Below the pieces are notes generated by a model. That model saw only the letters and a program-made list of their open reading frames with translations. It was not told the DNA's origin and did no database searches. A DNA stretch of 54,892 nucleotides from Prorocentrum cordatum (taxonomy: Eukaryota), in contig CAUYUJ010000204.1 in assembly GCA_963575745.1 (NCBI GenBank), positions 62,001 to 116,892 on the forward strand, given 5' to 3'. Shown one piece after another: positions 27,397 through 39,940 of the stretch (position 1 is the stretch's first letter; every line of letters starts with the position of its first letter). The position numbers and the translations under genes were made by a program.

Positions 27397-29495
27397 ATGT
27401 CCGCTCACGGCGCGGTCCTCTCCGGGCCCGCTCTGCGCCGCCGCCAGCGGGTGGCGGCGGCGCGGCGGGACGCCCCGCCGGGGCTTGGCGGCCCTCCGCC
27501 GCCGCCGCTGCCGCCGCCGCCAATGCCGCCGCCGCCGTCGAAGGCGGCCGGCGGCCGGCACGGCCCCCGCAGGCTGGGCCGCTGCCGCCCTGGCTGGCGG
27601 CGGTTTCCGCCGCCGCTGCCGCTGCCGTGCCGCTGCGACCGTTGCTGCCGCCGCCCGGTTCCCCTCCGGCGGCGGCGGCGGCGGCCGGCGGCGCCGTGGC
27701 CGGCGTGACGACCGCTGTCGCGGCGGCCGCTGCTGCCGCCGCTGCCGCCGCCGCTGGCGGCTCCTCGCCGGCGGCGGCGGCGGCGGTTGGCGCGGTGGCC
27801 GGCGCCGCCGCGGCGGCGCGAGGCGTGCCCGACGGCCTGCCCCCCGGCCAGCCTCCTGGCGGCCTGCCCCCCGTGCTGCCCGACTGCCAGCCTCGCGGCC
27901 TGCCTGGCTGCCAGCCCCACGGCCCGCCTGACGGCCAGCCCGTTGGCCCGCCAGCCCGACTGCCAGCCCCACGGCTGGCCCGACGGCCTGCCTTACGGCC
28001 CGCCCCACGGCCAGACCGTCGGCCCGCCCGACTGCCAGCCCCACGGCCAGTCCCACGGCCAGCCTGGCCAGCCCCGCGGCCAGCCAGACGGCCAGCCCGA
28101 CTGCCAGCCTCACTGCCTGGCCGGCTGCGAGGTCCACGGCCCGCTTGACGGCCAGCCCGTTGGCCCGCCCCGTGGCCAGCCCGACTGCCAGTCCCGCGGG
28201 CAGCCCCACGGTCATCCCCACAGCCAGCCCGACGGCCAGCCCGACTGTCAGCCCCACGGCCAGCCCTACGGTCAACCGGATTGCCAGCCCCACGGCCAGC
28301 CTGACGGCCAGCCCGACTGCCAGCCCCACGGCCGGTCCCACGGCCAGCCCGATTTCCAGCCCGAAGACCTGTCCGACGGTCAGCCCCCACGACCAGGCCT
28401 ACGGCCAGTCCCGCGGCCAGCCCGACTTCCAACCCCGCGACCAGCCTCACGGCCGGCCCCACAGCCAGCCCGACCGACAGCCCTTCGGTCAGCCCGACTG
28501 CCAGCCCCGCGACCAGCCCGTCGGCCTGCTCCGCGGCCAACCCGACTGCCAGCCCCGCGACCAGTCCGACGGCCAGCCCGACCGCCAGCGCAGCGGCCTG
28601 CCCGACGGCCAGCCCGACAGCCAGCCCCGCGGCCAGCCTCATGGCCAGCTCCACGACCAGCCCCACGACCAGTCTGACGCCTCACCCGACACCGTTCCCG
28701 ACGCCCAACCTGACGCCCTACCCAACACTCCCTGAGGCCTTGCCCGACGCCCAATCCCACGGCCAGATCCTCGGCCTGCCCGACGGACAACCCGACGGCC
28801 TGCCCGACACTGATGTCACCGTCCAGACGGCACTGGGAAGTTCCACCGCGCCCACGCGCCAGCCTTCCCCTGGCGAGCGGGACGACGAAGCCATCCTACT
28901 GCTGGTTTCGTGGAGCCCTTTCGCCCCTATTCGTCCTCCTTCCCCTGCCGGCGATTCGATGGGGGCGGGCGCCTCTACGAGCAGCCACAGGGCAACCCCT
29001 GCGTCCCTGCAGAGCGCGCCAAACCACCCCCTCTCGGGTGGGGGCGTGAGATCGACCGCCGAGACGGGCCAGCAGCCCAACTGGGGGGCGTCCTTGACGC
29101 GTCGGACGGAAAGTGGGTGAACGCCCAGGCTGTTCGCCGATCGCCGGCACCCAGGACCACGGGACTCCCGCGCTGGAAGGCCGCTCTATGGAGCCCGGGT
29201 CCAAGACTCCCAGTGGGAAGCCCACGGAGAGTCGCCGAGCGAGACGATCAGGCACCCTGGGGACACCCTGGGTGCGTCGTTCACAGCCGTCTGGCACGCT
29301 TTTGCCGTGCAACACGCTGCCCCTGGCACTGCGCGCGCTTTCGACTTGCGTCGGCGCGACCAGCGAACCTGCGTCGCCTTCCTGACCTCATTCCACAGCC
29401 ACAGCTGCGATGCTCGGGCCATGAGCGACTCATTGGGCTGGGTATCGACTGGGCGCAGGTGCGTGGACAACACCTGGGACATCACGTCCGCGTGA
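27397..29495 (+). pseudogene. Probable decayed retrogene for a Pro/Ala-rich protein with (PTAS)n mucin-like stalk repeats
   Basis: SL relics sit 20 nt upstream of the ATG. The 12-bp repeat reads SPTASPTASPT in one frame with frameshifts, followed by non-repetitive coding-like sequence. No introns evident. The 3' boundary is uncertain. Confidence 0.5.
27828..28810. repeat. 12-bp tandem repeat (GCCCGACGGCCA / GCCCCACGGCCA)
   Basis: Seen directly. Confidence 0.9.
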
Positions 29496-29784
29496 ACAGG
29501 GGGCGCCAGACAACCCCGTGAGATGGTCGGGATCTCGTGGGCGCCGGCACTGGCCGCGCGCAGTAGGGTGGGAGTGCTCTGGGCGAGGCTGGGAAGAGGA
29601 GCCGAGCAACCGAGAGCCCATGGGCCGAGAAACGGTATCGATTATAACACCGAGTGTGGGGCACCATCCAGTTTCGCTGAGATGCGGTTCTGACATCGCA
29701 TCGGCTATGTGGACTGGCAGCCCACCGTGGTTGTCTCTGTTAGCATCAACCGCTGGAGTATATGTTTCTCCCCCCTTCTCTCGC

Positions 29785-30085
29785 ACCGCGTGCCTGGCGT
29801 GCTCTTCCTTCCCTCCCCTCCTGCATCCTAATGCTGCAGCGGTTAGCTGTGCCCGCCGTGCCTGACGTGCACTTCCCCTCCTCTCCCCCTGCATCCTTAT
29901 GCCACGGCGTTTAGCTGTTGCACCCGCGCCGTGTGCCTGGCGTGCACTTCCTCCCCTTCCCTCCTGCATCCTAATGCTGCAGCGATGAGGTGCCACGCCG
30001 GGGTGCCTGCCGTGCCTGGCGTGCACTTCCCCTTCTCTCCTCCTGCATCCTTATACCGCAGCGGCCAGCTGTTGCACCGGGGTGC
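29785..30085. repeat. Degenerate ~70-bp tandem repeat, 4 units
   Basis: GTGCCTGGCGTGCACTTCC...CTGCATCCTWAT variants repeated four times. Confidence 0.8.
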
Positions 30086-30413
30086 TCTCCCTCCTGTTTC
30101 ACAGGGTTCATCCCTGGCGGCTGGGGTTTGCTGCGCAATACTGCTTCTTGATCGCGTTCATGTGGTCTGGAATTCATGCAAGGGCTCACGCAGGGAATTG
30201 TGCTGCGTCGCATTCGCTGAGGTCAGGTGCCCCCTGGCCTGCTCCTGGCTGGTGTCGGCCGCTACTGATGACCGGAAGGTTCCAGTGGGTCTCTCGCTAC
30301 TCTGCCTACCTTACGGCACCTGGACCTCGGGTTCGGCAAGTCTGGCTCTGCACGCTCGTTGGCCGTCGTCTTCCTGCATGGATTTCGCTTTCGACAAGTG
30401 TTACAGATTTTGC

Positions 30414-30728
30414 TGCCTTTTGCAGTCTTGTCGGTGATGAGGTTGCCCCTCTTCACTCTTGCGCCGACACGATGATTTGGCATTTGTGTCGCCTACTTCA
30501 CGGATGTCGTCTGGGTGTACCTGTCGGTCTAGTTCGTCTCTGACGGTGCTGTTTGCGTGACTCACACCGAGCGATCGACCTCTGCGTATTTATGGTCGCG
30601 CCGCCGCCCCATTTCGGCTGCGCTTACTTGCTGGTCGCCACCTGGATTTCCAACGCCACTGGGTTTGGGAGTATCGGTTTTGGCTCTCCTTCTGAGTGGG
30701 TCCCCGCTCGCTCGCTTCGTTTGCCTTT
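30414..30728 (+). repeat. ~315-bp dispersed direct repeat, copy 2
   Basis: Homologous to 26925-27241. Similarity stops where the hairpin-ended element begins. Confidence 0.85.
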
Positions 30729-31208
30729 TACCTAACAGCGAAGACTGATAGGTTTCTAATGGTCCCAAAAGAATGCATCTTGACTCCTCAGGGGGGTCTG
30801 GACAGATGCCAGACGGGTGCCAGGGAGAATCCGCGGAAGTCGTTTTAAGCAAACAGTTACACACTTCGTGGTCTTCGAGGTCCCAGAACTCTTTTCCTGG
30901 GCATGTTTTTGAATGCCCGGAGCCAATTGTAGGCCACTTAGTGGTCTTCGAATTCCCAGAACTCCATTCCTGGGCATGATTTCGAATGCTCGGAGCCAAC
31001 TGTAGGCCATTTCGTGGTTTTCGAGTTCCCACAATTCCATTCCTGGACATGATTCTGAATGCCCGGAGCCAACTCTAGGCCACTTCGTGGTTTTCGAATA
31101 CCCGAAACTCCATTCTCGGGCATGATTTTGAATGCTCGGAGCCAACTGTAGGCCACTTCGTGTTTTTCGAGTTCCCAGAAATCTACTCCTGGGCCACATT
31201 TTGAATGC
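30727..31208. mobile_element. Non-autonomous element with hairpin end and internal 73-bp tandem array, copy 1
   Basis: Begins TTTACCTAACAGCGAAGACTGATAGGTTTCTA, identical to 54100. 73-bp units at 30862, 30935, 31008, 31081, 31154. Confidence 0.7.
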
Positions 31209-32560
31209 TGAGGCAGGCTGATGCTGAGGCTGAGGCAGGCTGAGGCTGAGGCAGGCTGAGGCTGAGGCTGAAGGCAGACTGAGTTTGAGGCTGAGGCTGA
31301 GGCTGAGGCTGAGGCTGAGGCAGGCTGAGGCTGAGGCTGAGGCAGGCTGATGCTGAGGCAGAGGCTGAGGCAGAGGCTGAGGCTGAGGCAGGCTGACGCT
31401 GAGGCAGGCTGAGGCTGAGGCCGAGGCTGAAGGCAGACTGAGGCTGAGGCTGAAGCAGGCTGAGGCTGAGGCTGAGGCAGGCTGAGGCTGAGGCTGAGGC
31501 AGAGGCTGAGGCTGAGGCTGAGGCTGAGGCTGAGGCTGAGGCTGAGGCTGAGGCTGAGGCTGAGGCTGAGGCTGAGGCTGAGGCTGAGGCTGAGGCTGAG
31601 GCTGAGGCTGAGGCTGAGGCTGAAGCTGAGGCTGAGGCTGAGGCTGAGGCTGAGGCTGAGGCAGGCTGAGGCTGAGGCAGGCTGAGGCTGAGGCCGAGGC
31701 TGAAGGCAGACTGAGGCTGAGGCTGAAGCAGGCTGAGGCTGAGGCTGAGGCAGGCTGAGGCTGAGGCTGAGGCAGGCTGAGGCAGAGGCAGGCTGATGCA
31801 GGCTGAGGCTGAGGCAGGCTGAGGCTGAGGCCGAGGCTGAAGGCAGGCTGAGGCTGAGGCTGAGGCTGAGGCTGAGGCTGAGGCTGAGGCAGGCTGAGGC
31901 TGAGGCTGAGGCTGAGGCTGAGGCTGAGGCAGGCTGAGGCAGAGGCCGAGGCTGAAGGCAGACTGAGGCTGAGGCTGAAGCAGGCTGAGGAGGCTGAGGC
32001 AGGCTGAGGCTGAGGCAGGCTGCTGAGGGCTGAGGCTGAGGCTGAGGCTGAGGCTGAGGCTGAGGCTGAGGCTGAGGCTGAGGCTGAGGCTGAGGCTGAG
32101 GCTGAGGCTGAGGCTGAGGCTGAGGCTGAGGCTGAGGCTGAGGCTGAGGCAGGCTGAGGCTGAGGCTGAGGCTGAGGCTGAGGCTGAGGCTGAGGCTGAG
32201 GCAGGCTGAGGCTGAGGCTGAGGCAGGCTGATGCTGAGGCAGGCTGAGGCTGAGGCTGAGGCTGATGCAGGCTGAGGCTGAGGCAGGCTGAGGCTGAGGC
32301 CGAGGCTGAAGGCAGACTGAGGCTGAGGCTGAAGCAGGCTGAGGCTGAGGCTGAGGCAGGCTGAGGCTGAGGCTGAGGCAGGCTGATGCTGAGGCAGGCT
32401 GAGGCTGAGGCTGAGGCTGATGCAGGCTGAGGCTGAGGCAGGCTGAGGCTGAGGCCGAGGCTGAAGGCAGACTGAGGCTGAGGCTGAAGCAGGCTGAGGC
32501 TGAGGCTGAGGCAGGCTGAGGCTGAGGCTGAGGCTGAGGCTGAGGCTGAGGCTGAGGCTG
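31207..32560. repeat. ~1.35 kb (GAGGCT)n hexamer satellite
   Basis: Seen directly, with recurring variant blocks. Confidence 0.97.
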
Positions 32561-33150
32561 ACTGGGACTGCCGTTGCCACTGCGACTGTCATCGCGAATG
32601 CGACTACGACTGCGAGAACAGCAGAATTCTACAGCTGGATTCTCATCTGAATCTTAAGGGGAATGCTTCCAGATATGCTCCTACACATCGCTGTTAGGTT
32701 GCTTTGCCGGGATAAGCTTTTCCTGCTGCCTAGTCGCGGCCCGACTAGTGTTCGGACGGCTTTCGACCCGCCTCGCGAGCCTGTTGACCAAAAGTATCCC
32801 CACCATCACGGCGTTCGACTCGTTTCGCGCGGCCGCGTACCAAAAAGTTCCCACCAGCTTTGCCTGTGGCACAGCCTGTCCCTGCATGCCCGACGTTCGA
32901 CTCGTTTCGCGCGCCCGCGCACCAACAACTATCCCTACCGGCCTTCGCTATTTTCCCCTTATTTCGGCGCGGCCCGCCTTAGCTTGCACGGCGTTCGACT
33001 CGTCTTCGCGCGCCCACGTACCACAAGTATCCCCACCGGCCCATCCAGAAACGATGTATGGGGGAGCATGCAGATGAACAAAGGGCGGATGAAACCGTCA
33101 CATACCTCAAGAGGGGGAGGATGGAGTCGTCGTCGTCGTCGTCGTCGACG

Positions 33151-33182
<32 letters not shown>

Positions 33183-34217
33183 GTCGTCGTCGTCGTCGTC
33201 GTAGTCGTCGTCGGAGGAGGTGGAGTAGGGCGAGGACGAGGATAACGAGAATGAGGAGGAGGATGAGGAGGAGAATGAGGGAGAGTTGGGTATCTCGGGG
33301 ATCCTCCTGAGGCCTTGACTGGGGTCTCCGAGGAGCCTCGGGGCGCTCTTGGGAGCTTCAGGGGCGCTCCTGGGGCCATCTTGGAGGACATCGATCAAAC
33401 CAGAGGGGAACTTACAGCAGGGTCCCTTCTTGGGTGCCCCCAAAGTCGCCTCATGGGGCGTTCTTGGGGGCTCTCTTGGGTCTCCCCTGGGGCCCTCTTG
33501 GGCCATCTTGTAGCCATCTTGAGGCCCCGGATGGCCATCGGAAGCGAAACAGCAAGAAAGCAAACAACACATAGTATTCTTAGGTTTGGGAAGGATTTTG
33601 GCTTCTTGGAGGCCTCCGTGGAGGCCTCTTTGAGCCGTCTTGGAGCGTTCTTGGGGCTTCTCGGAGCATCTTGGAAGCGAAGCCGACTTGAGGCATCTTG
33701 GGTTTTCTTGAGCCATCTTGGAGGTTATCTTGGGCTCTCTGAGGCCCTCCTGAAGCCATCTTGGGCGAAAGAGTGCCCTCTGACACCTCGCGGGGCGTCC
33801 CGTCCAGGTCCAGGGGACGGGGTATGGGGGAAGGTGTGAACCCCTCCCCGAAGGGGAAGAAGGGGGTTGGAAGAGAAAATTCCCTAGACAACCTATGCCC
33901 AGAGGGCTGGTGGGATTGGAGCAGCCGGATGTCTGGGATGGCTGCGGCGGGGATGGGCACAGTGCCCGGCTCAGGGCGGCGCTGAGCTCTGAACTCCTGG
34001 TGCTGGATTCTGTTCACGACGTGTGCGACCGTGTCTCGTTTCGGGCCCCTGGGAGCCATCACGGATGGATCCGACCCGAGAAGTGCCGCAGGAGGGTGGA
34101 GCCTAGTGCTCCAGTCGTGATCTGTTGCGAGGTCGCCTTTTCTTCACAACGTCGGATTCCGGGGAGGGTCCAGACGTCGGGCGTTCAGGGGCACCTCTAG
34201 TCTAGGCGTCCTTGATG

Positions 34218-34652
34218 GGGTCCGAGCAGATGGGGTCGGAGGATTGCGCTGCATCGGCGATGCATCTACAACCCTCCTTGCAAGCAAACGCAAGTTTTTT
34301 TTCGCCATGGCGACGCCCCGGACACTCACTTTCGATGTTGACGCCGACACTGGCGACTGTAATTTTTTATTTGACCCCGCGGGCCGCGCTGCGCGCGTCC
34401 ATCAGCATTGAAATTCGGGGGCGAGGGGGTTTGATTTCGGGGAGGCATCTGGGGTTCCCAGATGGGGTCCGAGTAGATGGGGTCGGAGGATCTCGCCGCA
34501 TCGGCGATGCGTCGGCGATGCGGCTCGACGTGGATCCCGATTTTTTTCACGCCAGCGGCGCCGATGCATCGCCGACGTCGCTGGCGCATCGCCGATGTAT
34601 CGGCGATGCATTGCGATGCGGCGCGATTCTCCGACCCCATCTACTCGGACCC
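34218..34652. mobile_element. MITE-like element with ~39-bp inverted repeats (left end duplicated)
   Basis: GGGTCCGAGTAGATGGGGTCGGAGGATCTCGCCGCATCG at 34465, with a variant at 34218. Its reverse complement, with 2 mismatches, ends at 34652. Confidence 0.7.
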
Positions 34653-36599
34653 TGTTTGGGAGGCTTTTGATGCCCAGCAGCACTTTCTTTTCACTTTGAG
34701 CAGGGGGCTTGTCCGCTCGTCAGCTTTCCGTGCCCATTCTGCGAGTGTTCTTGTTGACTCCACGTCGGGCAGGTTCTGCTGTTGGACACGGCGCTCACAT
34801 CCTCCGTGCCCAGGAGGCCGTGCAGAGCTGAGGAGAGGAGGGCGAGGGGAGGCAGGCACGCTTGGGAGTTCCCTCAGATATGGGCACCGCGAAGAGGTGA
34901 CGACGGGCCCCGATCTGCCCCGTGCTGCGCCCCGGGGCCCTCGTCGGGGTCGTGGAGAGGGAGGGTACGTGGAGGGTTCAGCCCGAGCCCGACTCGAGGC
35001 CGATATTTTCCTCGTCCATGGGCCGTCCAGGACGGCTTTTTCTCCAGCCCCACCTCTGGCCCTGCCCCACCTTTTTGCGTCCTCTCGGCAGGAGGATCTC
35101 TCGTAGATCCTGGCGACACGAGACAAGAAACACGATCGGCTCCTTCTGCCTCGCTCTGCGCTGCGTTCCAAGTGTGCTCTCCTGTCGGATTTCCGTGCGC
35201 AAGCAGTCAATTTGCAGCGTTTTCCCTGCATGTCCTAAAGCGATGCCAGCCGCGCACTCTTCTTGCCCACGCGTCCTTCCAGATTCTCGGCTCTGTGGTG
35301 GTGGTGTTGCCTCGCTCTGGGCTCCCCGCGGCACTCGCGGATCGATCCGGTTTTCGGCCACTGGGTCGAGAGCCTCTGTCTCAGGAGCGAAAGAAGGGCG
35401 CCCACGTGCATGAAGTCACGTCGGCTTCGAGAGTACGCACTGCGCGAGCGTTGGCATCACGCGGCCAGTCTCGCGCCGTGCCGACCGGCGGCGACCCCGC
35501 CGCGGGCGTTCAAGGTGGAACGCCGCCAGTTGCTCTGCATCGGCCTGCATCGAACGATCGGACGATCGACACGGCGCCGATCGTGCCAGGCGGAACTTAT
35601 CTAGACGGTGCCAGAAACCAGCGCCGGGGTCGTCACGACACGAACCTGCCGCACGGGGCTGGGCGCGTACGTGGTTTGTGGGCTTCCTGCCGTCGTGATC
35701 GTTTGGTCCCGCTGCGTCTGCTCCCACGACGTCTTGGCGCACGGCCTCCCTCGTGGAGCCTCCTCTCGGGCCACAAGGCGCCGCACGCGACGTGCATGCT
35801 GGTCCGAGCGCACGTCTCCCCGGGCCGGGCGGCCGCTCTTCGGCGCTTTGCCGCCGCGCAGGTGCACGCTCTGCTGCAGCCCTCCTCGGAGCCCAACGCA
35901 AGTTTCGATCCGACCCCCCTCCCGCGCGCAGGGCTGCCCGCGGGGTCCACCAACCACTTGCAGTCGCCAGCGTCGGCATCAACATTGAAAGTGGGGGTCC
36001 AGGGCAGTCGCCATGTCTTGGGAAAATCTTGCGTCTGAGTTCGATGAGAGATGCAGAACGGCCCGCTCTGGCCCGAACGCGGCGAGACTTTTGTCGTTGC
36101 GACAAAAACACGCAACGTCGGATCTTCGGGGATCCACCCAGGTCATCTGGTGGAGGGAAAAAATTCGGCAAGCACTTCCCCCTCCCCCGCAATTCAAAGT
36201 TGGCACGCTCCTTGAAGACCACTCGGAGTCCCAAAATCGGAAGATTCGAAACCAACATCGCAGTTGGGGGGAGGGGGGGGGAGTTCAAGCCGTATGCTCT
36301 GCAGGAGTGTCGCTCAATTGCTTCCGACTCCTGGAAGCTGTTCTGCGTTCTGGGGAAAGCTGCCTGGCCAGGTGGGCTGCGCGAGAGCGCGAGGACAGCC
36401 GCCTCTCCGAGGTTGGCGATACAGGAGGGCAGGCGACCTGCCACCACGCGGCGCAGAAAGAACGCACGCCAACCGGATGGGCCAACGCTTTTGCGTTGAG
36501 AACCCCCGTGCCCCCCCGACCTTGATGTTGAAGGCGGGTGTGTCTGCGGGATTCTTCGGTAGCAAATTCTGGAAGCCTGGTGTACCCTCTTAATTCCGT

Positions 36600-36730
36600 C
36601 TTTAGCGTCGATTAGCGTCGATGAACGTTTGTGAGTCGATGAGATAGCGCCCACTTAGCGTTGGTCCGCGTCGATTCGCGTCGATTTAGCGTCGATTAGC
36701 GTCGTCTAGCGTCGAGTAGCGTCGATTCGC
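36600..36730. repeat. 10-bp tandem repeat (TTAGCGTCGA)n
   Basis: Seen directly, degenerate. Confidence 0.8.
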
Positions 36731-38439
36731 AAGAGCCGACAAGATGGTATGTGAGGCTCCCATGAGTTGCCACGAAGAATGTTGAAGGTGGATGTGTCTG
36801 CGGGGTTGTATTACGGGTGCGTATTACGCCGATCCTTGCAGTATCCCTCCAGGAGGGCGGTTGGGCCAGGCGTGGGCTGTGGGGCACTGGCTCTTCGACC
36901 ATAGCAGGGGGGGAGGAGGAATATTAACATGCAGATGATGGCGATGACGATGACGATGACATTAAGACGGGGATGATTGTGGTGATGGTGATGTGGGTGA
37001 TAGGGAAGGGAATGCCGCCATCATAACCGTGGTTGTTTCTCATTGTGTTCGATGTCACAGCTTAAGGCAGTGGACGCCTGCAACCGCAACCGCAATCACA
37101 TTTGTATACGCGTACATGTGTGTATATATACATATATGTATATATATATATGTATATATGTACGCATACGCACGCTAGATGAAACCAGCGCCTAGGCAGG
37201 GGTATCTCTCAGAAGATCCTGGTGATGGAATCTGTGCTTGAGGTCGTTATAGGGCCTGCGGCCCTGCGACTCACAGTGGCTTTGGTGAAGCAGTGGCCGA
37301 TGCTTGCCCCTGCGTGTGCGAGTTCGTTGCCCCCATGCGAGGAGTTCGTGACATCCGCGGAGCCACTCCCGCCTCGCGTCCTGAGTCACTGTCATGTACA
37401 CGCCAGGATCACTGGGCCCTGATCACAGCCAAGCATTATGGGGCTTTCTGGGGTCATGTAGGGGCGTCTCGGGCAGTTTAGGCGTCTCCGACGGCCGTCT
37501 TGAAACTATCTTTGCACGTCCTGGGAGCAAGTCTTTGGACATACAAGGAATATGTGCGCACATTATTGTATTTCAATCCTTGTTGCCCTCTGGGCCATGA
37601 TGCGGGCGCGTTATGCCCTCCCCCCCTTCCCCCCCATCCCCCCCCGCCCATCACGTAACGCTCCTCCCACCAGTACGGTCCCCAGCACTGCCGCAGTGCG
37701 TCCAGCACCGCGGTCTGTCACGGTGGGGGGCGGGGGCGACACGTCGTGCCCTCCCCTCCGCCCCGAGAGCGCCAGCCAGTTGTCGTCACGAGTACAGCAG
37801 GCTCTCTTCTGATGGCCTTTGTCAGGCCAGCCCGAGTTCTCCAGCCTCGATCTCCCGGGCGGCCACTGGCGGCCGCGCCAGAGGCCACCGTCGTCGGTGC
37901 TGCGCGCTGCCGACCACCCCGCGCCCCCCTCCCTCCACCCCTGCTCCGGTCTCTCTCTCCCCCCCCTCCTCTGCTCTTCTCCTCCTCCTCCTCCTCGTCT
38001 TCCTCCTCCTCCTCCTCCTCTTCTGCTCTCCTCCTCCTCTGCTCTCCTCCTCTGTTCTCCTCTGTTCTCCTCCTCTGCTCTCCTCCTCCTCAGCTCTCTT
38101 CCTCCTGGTAGCTGGTAGCTTGCGGCATCGAAGTCGTTCAGACGTTGCCTCCCGCCCACCCCCCAAGGGCCTTGCTCAAACTGTAGAACGAAAAGGGGGA
38201 CAAGTGACGACAAAAGGAGGGCCCCTGGGGGCGGGGTGACTGTGTCCCACAGCGAGACCCCGGGGGAGGGGGGGGGGCAAGGCCTCGTCTTCAATTAAAC
38301 AATGTGGAAACTACTCTCACCTCTCTCCCCTGGTGGCGCCCGCGCCCGGTGCTTGTTCGGCCCCCCTCCGCGTTTTTTTTTTTTTTTTTTTCATTTCAAA
38401 AAGCAGCATTCCCGGGAGTTGGATTTTCGTTTTTTCCCC

Positions 38440-39940
38440 AAAATATTGCTCTCGCTGAAGCGCTGGCTTCATTTTCGGGCCGCCGCTCGTTCCGAATCGT
38501 GCTCCCGCTGCAGCGCTGGCCTCATTTCCGCGCTTCCGCTCGTTCCGAATCGTGCTCCCGTTGTAGCGCTGGCGTTATTTTTTCCAGCGCCATGCCACGG
38601 CATGGTTTTTGGTCCTTCCAACTAGGCCATATCAGCCAGCGTTGACTCCAAATAGATAGGAGGACAGGAGGAGGACGAGAGGAGGATGGGAGGAGGACGA
38701 AATGAGGACGGGAGCAGGACGGGAGGAGGACGGGAGGAGCAAAATCAAGCAAGCGCAAGCAAGCAAGCGGAAGCAAGCAAGCACAAGCGAGCAATAACAC
38801 GCAAGCAACAGCAAGCGATCAAGTGCAAGCAAACACGGGCAAGCAAGAGCAAGCAAGCAAGAGCAAGCAAGCAAGCAAGAGCAAGCAAGCGAGAGCTAAC
38901 GATCAAGTACAAGCAAGCAAGAGCAAGCATAGGACTCGCCATTGGAAATAGCTGGGGGAAGCAATTGGAAGTAAGTGTGGGTGCCTTTGGAAAAGGGGTA
39001 GGGAGGGGGGTGCCATTGGAAATAAGCGGGGGGTGCCATTGGAAAAAGGGGGGGTCGTAAAGACCAATTACTTATGATGAGCTATGAATCCTAGATGGCA
39101 AGCCTACCTGGATAACAACATCTAGAACATGGCCTCCCGGAAAACCCGTCGGAAGAGATTCCACATTCGGTGCCGATTCGTTGCTTTCTTTTGGCCGCAG
39201 AAGCCTTCCGCCACGCCCTGCTATGTCAGGCTACGCGTCCTCATTTCCGCGCTTCCGCGCTTGAGTTTTTTGTTCAAACTGCCGTTCTCGCTGAAGCGCT
39301 GGCCTCATTTTCGGACCACCGCTCGTTCCGAATCGTGCTCCCGCTGCAGCGCTGGCCTCATTTCTGCGCTTCCGCTCGTTCCGAATCGTGCTCCCGCTGC
39401 AGGGCTGGCGTCATTATTTCCAGCACCATGCCACGGCATGGTTTTCGGTCCCTCCAAATGACCCCAAAATTTGAAAATTCCTCCCCGAAAAGAACCATTG
39501 GAAGTGATTACACGTTCGGTGCCGATTCGCTGATTCGTTCGGCCGCAGAAGCCCCCCGGCTTTGGGGCGTCGCCCGCCATGCTATGTCAGGCTACGCGTC
39601 CTCATTTCCGCGCTTCCGCGCTTGGGTTTTTGTTCGAAATTCTGCTCTCGCTGAAGCGCTGGCCTCATTTTCGGGCCACCGCTCGTTCCGAATCGTGCTC
39701 CCGCTGCAGCGCTGGCCTCATTTCCGCGCTTCGGCTCGTTCCTAATTGTGCTCCGCTGCAGAGCTGGCGCAATTTTTTCCAGCGCCATGCCACGGCATGG
39801 TTTTCGGTTCTTCCAAATAGGCCTCAACATGTAAAGCATGGCATCCCCAAGAAACCATCGGAAGGGATTCCACATTCAGTGTCGATTCGTTATTTTTTTG
39901 AGCCGCAGAAGCCCCCCCCCACTTTGGGGCATCGCCACGC
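38440..39940. repeat. ~350-360 bp repeat (3 copies) built from ~52-bp subunits; first and second copies separated by a (GCAA)n-containing spacer
   Basis: CTCGCTGAAGCGCTGGC..CATTTTCGG..CCGCTCGTTCCGAATCGTGCTCCCGCTGCAGCGCTGG at about 38451, 39287 and 39647. (GCAA)n at 38748-38930. Confidence 0.85.

Noticed and set aside
26630..28666. 678-aa minus-strand ORF and overlapping ORFs
   Set aside because: Antisense read-through of a stop-poor GC-rich 12-bp repeat. The SL relics point to the + strand.
31183..32592. 469-aa SA/SL/QP-repeat ORF
   Set aside because: Translation of the (GAGGCT)n satellite.
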